From the UHGV virus genome UHGV-0282798: DNA of 45,006 bases. One strand, 5' to 3'. The notes under the pieces are model-generated. The model ran no database searches and had not been told where the DNA came from. It was given only the letters and a program-made list of their open reading frames with translations. This DNA is from a virus. Below are positions 41,048 through 45,006 of this stretch, piece by piece. Numbering within the stretch: position 1 is the first letter of the stretch; every line of letters begins with the position of its first letter. A program made the position numbers and the translations under genes.

Positions 41048-41279
41048 GGGTAATCACCTCTGATTTCGTCTTGCCTTCGTTGTCGGCGGCTGCGGCCTTT
41101 GACTCATCCTGCTGCTGCCGTTGTGTCTTCTTAGCTAACTCAGCCTTCGCTTTTTGGGTTTGTTCGGTAACGAGGTCAAGCCGTCCCGCATCCCAGCCGC
41201 GGTTGTATTGGTACCCCCCGTACAGCCATACCGTAAGCAAGCCTGCCGCCGTTAGTGTTGCTGTGTTGCTTAGATTCAT
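40893..41279 (-). CDS. i-spanin (Rz-like)
   Basis: N-terminal TM (TATLTAAGLLTVWLYGGY) then a charged helical periplasmic region; overlaps the Rz1-like ORF. Confidence 0.55.
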   Translation of the reverse strand: MNLSNTATLTAAGLLTVWLYGGYQYNRGWDAGRLDLVTEQTQKAKAELAKKTQRQQQDESKAAAADNEGKTKSEVITREVVKYIKTPSRSVCTFDPERVQLKSRAVANANSIPGYDNDAAAVQAGTAK

Positions 41280-41397
41280 GTTTCCCCTTTCTCGATAAGT
41301 AAAGCCCCGCCTTAAAGCGGGGCGCTAGTCCTTATCATTTAAACATAGAAACGGCGTAATCTCAGTAAACCAGTTACTCTTTACACAAGCAAAAGAG

Positions 41398-41532
41398 TAT
41401 GGCCCTTCCGAACGCGTCAGCGTAACTACACTCAGGACTTACGTCCCGCTCCGTTACCTGCCCGCGCCGCGGTCGCTCGTTCATACTTCACAAGCTCAGG
41501 TGGAGCTTATCATATTTTTAGTGAAAAGTCAA
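41398..41532. repeat. Repeat copy 2 of the ~135-bp promoter-plus-leader element
   Basis: Aligns with 8900-9035; lies between the terminator at 41591-41617 and the Rz start at 41279. Confidence 0.85.
41504..41532 (-). promoter_or_regulatory. Sigma70 promoter inside repeat copy 2 (minus strand): TTGACT-17-TGaTAAGCT
   Basis: Reverse complement: -35 41527-41532, -10 41504-41509 with upstream TG. Confidence 0.5.
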
Positions 41533-41590
41533 CTATTCGAATAGTTTATTCCAACATTTACAATTGATTGGAATAACTGGAATAATTACG

Positions 41591-41617
41591 AGCCATAAAA
41601 AGCCCCTTTCGGGGCTT
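41591..41617 (-). terminator. Intrinsic terminator (mainly minus strand)
   Basis: Stem AAGCCCC (41600-41606) / GGGGCTT (41611-41617), loop tttc; on the minus strand it is followed by UUUUAUGG. Confidence 0.55.
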
Positions 41618-41621
41618 CAGT

Positions 41622-42083
41622 TTATTCTGGCTTAGTCACCTTCGCCGCTTTGCTTACACCCTCTACACCATCGGCATCGGTAACTTTAACGAAGTATTCA
41701 CCGACCACATTAACCGTCAGAGACAGAGCTTCTTCTGGGGCGTTGACTACTTCCTTACCGTCTTTGTACCAGGTCAGCACATACGGCGCTTTGCCCGCCT
41801 TAACTTCGACAGTGATAGTTGCGCTGCCGTCTGCCAGTTCCGCATCCTGCGGTTGCACAGAGAAATACACGTCGCCAGCGTCCGCCAGATACGGAATCTC
41901 ATAAAGCATACCCGCCGCGGGCAGCGCGATGCCTGTTTTATCCGCAAACGGCATATCGTCTACCGGTGTACCGAGTACACTTTCGTCTTCAATAAACACC
42001 ACGTTCTCACCAGAGCCGGATACACGGGCGTACTGGACTACGCGGCGCGCGGGTACATCGGTTACTTTGAAAAAGCCCATCAT
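41622..42083 (-). CDS. Ig-like domain protein
   Basis: GKAPYVLTWYKDGKEV ... GEYFVKVTD looks like an I-set/Big-type domain; position after the Mu-F-like gene. Confidence 0.45.
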   Translation of the reverse strand: MMGFFKVTDVPARRVVQYARVSGSGENVVFIEDESVLGTPVDDMPFADKTGIALPAAGMLYEIPYLADAGDVYFSVQPQDAELADGSATITVEVKAGKAPYVLTWYKDGKEVVNAPEEALSLTVNVVGEYFVKVTDADGVEGVSKAAKVTKPE

Positions 42084-43159
42084 TATTCCCCTTTCAGATA
42101 ATCAGCAACACGTTTATCGAGTTCCGCCATCTGCTTAAGCGTGAGCGGATTCCCGAAACCATCTACAGATATTACGCGAAACTCTTCCGGCGATATACCG
42201 CTGTTACGGAAAATCTTACCGCGAACAGGGCCGAGTGCTTCATCCACGAACCATGCCGGTTGTTGTTTAAGGAACTCGTAGTAAGTAGTGTCCGCGCTTA
42301 CCTGAGTACCCCCGTCGGCACCCTTAGCTGCACGTTTTGCACCTTTATCCAAGAAGTCGAACTCAGAGCTGATTACTGGCGCAGTGGTACTCCGGCAATT
42401 CGGATGTGCTGGCGGCATCGGCCCCTTACCGATTTCCCACGTCATTCCGTCTCTGGCCCTACAAATCGTACTGGTACGGCTGTCCAGCGTCGACACCCAC
42501 TCGTACTTCTCGATGATGTCGTCGTTCTGGCGGTACGTCTCGTTACGGGCTTCGTTGGATATGTGAGACAGCGCGGTGCGGATTACCGTAGCCGCGTTGC
42601 GCTCAGAGATGTCGGCCAGGCCACCAGCGCCAACAACATTCTTAACAATCTGCCGTGTTGTCTGGCCTTGTACAAAGCCCATCTTAACGCCGGTTACCAG
42701 GCGCGCGACTTCTGTTTCACCCCAGCCTGACATCAGCTTAGTGAAATCAACAGGCTTGTCGCTTAACGATAGCGGCTGAAACTCGGCAGCGGCCCACACC
42801 TGTTCAGCAGTGGGTGTAACAAATTCCGCGTCTACGTTAGCCGTCAGCGTTTTTACATTCCACTCCGCTTCATACGCCGCCAGTTCTTTAAGGTCTTCTG
42901 TCAGCTTTGTTTGCCAGTCGCCTGTAAGTCCGCTCAGTGCTTCTTCCAGGTCGCGTAACAATTTATTCAGTCGCGCAGTGCTGCGACCGTCGTCGCCGAA
43001 TAACAGCACCTGCCGTTTGATTTCGTCTCGCATTTCCTGAAGAAACGGCGCAAGGTCTTTCACTTCACCGGATGCGGTGCGTTGCAGCCATATCTGGTGG
43101 CTGATTAGGGATGTAAGTAAGCTCATAGTTAAATCCTGTGGCGCTAAAGTTAATAGCAT
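42083..43159 (-). CDS. Head morphogenesis protein (Mu F / SPP1 gp7-like, putative)
   Basis: PAHPNCRSTTAPV resembles the conserved motif of this family; position after portal. Confidence 0.55.
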   Translation of the reverse strand: MLLTLAPQDLTMSLLTSLISHQIWLQRTASGEVKDLAPFLQEMRDEIKRQVLLFGDDGRSTARLNKLLRDLEEALSGLTGDWQTKLTEDLKELAAYEAEWNVKTLTANVDAEFVTPTAEQVWAAAEFQPLSLSDKPVDFTKLMSGWGETEVARLVTGVKMGFVQGQTTRQIVKNVVGAGGLADISERNAATVIRTALSHISNEARNETYRQNDDIIEKYEWVSTLDSRTSTICRARDGMTWEIGKGPMPPAHPNCRSTTAPVISSEFDFLDKGAKRAAKGADGGTQVSADTTYYEFLKQQPAWFVDEALGPVRGKIFRNSGISPEEFRVISVDGFGNPLTLKQMAELDKRVADYLKGE

Positions 43160-43195
43160 ACTATAAGAAAGCCCCTTTCGGGGCTATATGCGAAC

Positions 43196-44677
43196 TTACT
43201 GCTGGGCGGTGTCTTGTTGCTGCGCCGACTGCGGAATCTCCCCCGCTACCGGAGTAGCAGCACCCAACGGCAGCGGCGCATCCTCAATAGCGTTCTGAAT
43301 GTCCTCGTCGGTCCAGTCGGTTACCCCCGCCTTACGCAACGCAGCATAATAAGCGGTAGCTGGTAGTAGGCCTGCGTTAATATCCACCATCCACTGTGCA
43401 CGGTCCTGAGCGGTCATCGGCTGCAGGAAGAACTCCATATTCAGCTTGAACTCAATCTCTGTGCCTTCACGCAGCCCTAGCATCGCGGCTACCCAGCGCA
43501 ACGCATCGGTATACGCCATGCTTACATTACGCGCGATTGTCGCCATAACAGACGTATCAGCGCCACGTTGCAGGCGGGCCGATTCTGCAGTGATTTGCTG
43601 CGTCGGGGTAATAAGCTGCGCACCAATCTGAATGGCCTGATTCTCTTTATCCAGCATGTTCTGCTTGGCGAGATTGTTCTCTCCGGCCTGAACCAGAAAC
43701 GCATTACCGCCGTAGCCAATGTTGTGGCCTGAACGCGACCCCATGCGCACGCCGTGAGGGTTGGCTTCGGTCCACTGTTCCATGCTCATATTCTCACCAG
43801 GGGCGATGAACAGAGTGGGCTGGCCCACGACGAAGCTGGATTCCTCATTATCGGCGCTGTTGCGGAAATGCCCGATATTAAGCTCAGCTAACGGTAGCAA
43901 AGGTGCGTCGTCAATGGTGGCATCGTTGTTGCTCGCCCCGATGAACGTGAACGGGATTTTGCCGCGTAACTGTCCGCCAAGTTCCGGGAAGATTTCTTTT
44001 ACTTCACCCTGAGCGCCACCTTCGGCATCGAAGCGGTAAATACGCTGGCGGTAGCGCCCGTCAATCAAATCGAGAACGCGGTATTGCTCACCGAACTTTG
44101 TTTCGAACTCCGCGCCCGGTTCCGAGTATTCCCACACCTCGCGCAACACGACCATCGTCACCCGGTTAACAGAACCGATGCGTGTCAGTCGCCAGTTGAT
44201 GATGTTCTCTGCGGTGTAGAATGCGATGACCGGGTTTAATAATCCCGCGTTCTGTTCGGCTGCCGTTGCCGCAGCAGTCTCCGGCGCGTCCACCAGCAAC
44301 CCACCACGGCCTACCGAGTCAATCTCCATTAGCGTATCCTGCGCGTGCTGCCACAGTCCGACACCGGAACCGTCGGCATTGCGTAACAGGTACTCAAGCT
44401 CAGGCGGGATAATCTGCTCAGGGTCTTTGCGCATCACTGACCCCACCATCCCAGCCAGGGTACGTTTAGTGAAGTTGTAGCAGATAGCGCCGTTCTCGTA
44501 TTCTTCCTGTCGCTGTGCCGCGTAGGTCGGGTCAGGCTCGTTCTTCCCGACGTTGCGCAGGTAGCGGATAAGGTCGCCCTCCAGCGCGTGGCGTACCTTC
44601 TGCCATTTATCGAAGTGGTGCAGCCATTCCCGGTGTTTTGTCTTAACACCCTGATTCTGACCGTTCATAGTTAACAT
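43196..44677 (-). CDS. Portal protein (putative)
   Basis: 493 aa directly downstream of terL and upstream of the Mu-F-like gene; positional call. Confidence 0.6.
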   Translation of the reverse strand: MLTMNGQNQGVKTKHREWLHHFDKWQKVRHALEGDLIRYLRNVGKNEPDPTYAAQRQEEYENGAICYNFTKRTLAGMVGSVMRKDPEQIIPPELEYLLRNADGSGVGLWQHAQDTLMEIDSVGRGGLLVDAPETAAATAAEQNAGLLNPVIAFYTAENIINWRLTRIGSVNRVTMVVLREVWEYSEPGAEFETKFGEQYRVLDLIDGRYRQRIYRFDAEGGAQGEVKEIFPELGGQLRGKIPFTFIGASNNDATIDDAPLLPLAELNIGHFRNSADNEESSFVVGQPTLFIAPGENMSMEQWTEANPHGVRMGSRSGHNIGYGGNAFLVQAGENNLAKQNMLDKENQAIQIGAQLITPTQQITAESARLQRGADTSVMATIARNVSMAYTDALRWVAAMLGLREGTEIEFKLNMEFFLQPMTAQDRAQWMVDINAGLLPATAYYAALRKAGVTDWTDEDIQNAIEDAPLPLGAATPVAGEIPQSAQQQDTAQQ

Positions 44678-44689
44678 TTAATAATCCTC

Positions 44690-45006
44690 TTAAAGTGCGA
44701 AACGAACTGGGGTATTGATAACAGGGCGGACAACAGGGAACAACCTATGCATACAATAGCCTAAACTGTCATTCCAGTCGTCGATAGCTGGGTGAGTTTT
44801 AAACTTCTCCGGTTCACCATTATCGTTATACCCCTGCGTCTCTAGTGACTGCGTTAATTTAGGGCATTTTGAAGTGTTAATCCTCAAACGGCTATGTGAC
44901 AAAAGCGCGTTAACCGCGTTTATTCTGTCTTTAACGAATGGGTTCTTACTTGGAGCGTTAACACGTAAGCCGGCCTTTTCGATGATACCTATGTCGGATA
45001 ATGATG
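44690..45006 (-). CDS. terL: Terminase large subunit, C-terminal ~105 codons (continuation of 1-919)
   Basis: Minus-strand frame is open from 45006 to the stop at 44690-44692 (...SLSDIGIIEKAGLRVNAPSKNPFVKDRINAVN...). Position 1 plus 45006-45005 form one codon (GCA), so the junction is in frame. Confidence 0.75.
   Translation of the reverse strand, partial: SLSDIGIIEKAGLRVNAPSKNPFVKDRINAVNALLSHSRLRINTSKCPKLTQSLETQGYNDNGEPEKFKTHPAIDDWNDSLGYCMHRLFPVVRPVINTPVRFAL

Noticed and set aside
43152-43165. AATAG-like motif (taatagcatactat) resembling the promoter dyad
   Set aside because: It overlaps the start codon and first codons of the Mu-F-like gene (ATG at 43157-43159), and the palindrome is imperfect, so it is more likely coding coincidence than a promoter.
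1-45006. tRNA genes, rRNA, CRISPR arrays, integrase or attachment sites, transposase or IS elements
   Set aside because: No T-arm-like GTTCGAATC/GTTCAAATC cores with flanking cloverleaf potential were seen in intergenic regions, no repeat-spacer arrays were seen, and no ORF shows recombinase or transposase motifs. This was a scan by eye, so short or atypical tRNAs cannot be fully excluded.

Overview
The 45,006-bp window appears to be a complete tailed-phage genome (siphovirus-like, enterobacterial-type signals), given as a circular permutation. The terminase large-subunit gene runs off the left end on the minus strand (919 to 1) and continues in frame at the right end (45006 to 44690). All calls are read by eye from the sequence and the ORF track; no database search or folding was run, and motif coordinates may be off by 1-2 nt.

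Layout:
- Minus-strand morphogenesis block (about 44677 down to 21562, continuing through terL/terS at the ends): portal, Mu-F-like head protein, Ig-like protein, Rz/Rz1 spanins, scaffold, major capsid, connector and tail-completion proteins, major tail, chaperones, tape measure, minor tail proteins, tailspike.
- Two plus-strand inserts interrupt that block: an AP2-domain protein (28273-28923) and a 2.3-kb island (32121-34448) with its own promoter and terminator.
- Plus-strand replication block (9131-21533): AEP primase fused to a RepA-like helicase, HNH-AP2 endonuclease, Cas4-like exonuclease, T7 gp2.5-like SSB, family-A DNA polymerase, VRR-NUC, a compact C5-methyltransferase-like protein and an SNF2 helicase, with an XRE repressor on the opposite strand.
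- Minus-strand early/lysis block (8672 down to about 1500): many small ORFs, two paralogous Zn-ribbon proteins, an HslV-like peptidase, two holin-like proteins and a GH24 endolysin.

No tRNA, rRNA, CRISPR array, integrase or transposase was seen.

Most notable observations:
- A ~135-bp promoter-plus-leader element occurs twice (8900-9035 and 41398-41532), with compensatory base changes that suggest a structured RNA.
- A GTGAATAG-N4-CTATTATAG dyad is embedded in at least six near-consensus sigma70 promoters.
- The accessory island in the tail module encodes an Imm-like membrane protein, an HTH-metallophosphoesterase and an HNH-AP2 endonuclease.
- An HslV-like Ntn-hydrolase with a Cys4 insertion sits next to the holin.
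- A ~227-aa C5-methyltransferase-like protein is coupled to the SNF2 helicase.
- Acidic DLEDD / TEEDLE tails are shared by several replication proteins.

I could not identify a single defined novel system with confidence; the island and the duplicated leader are the best candidates.
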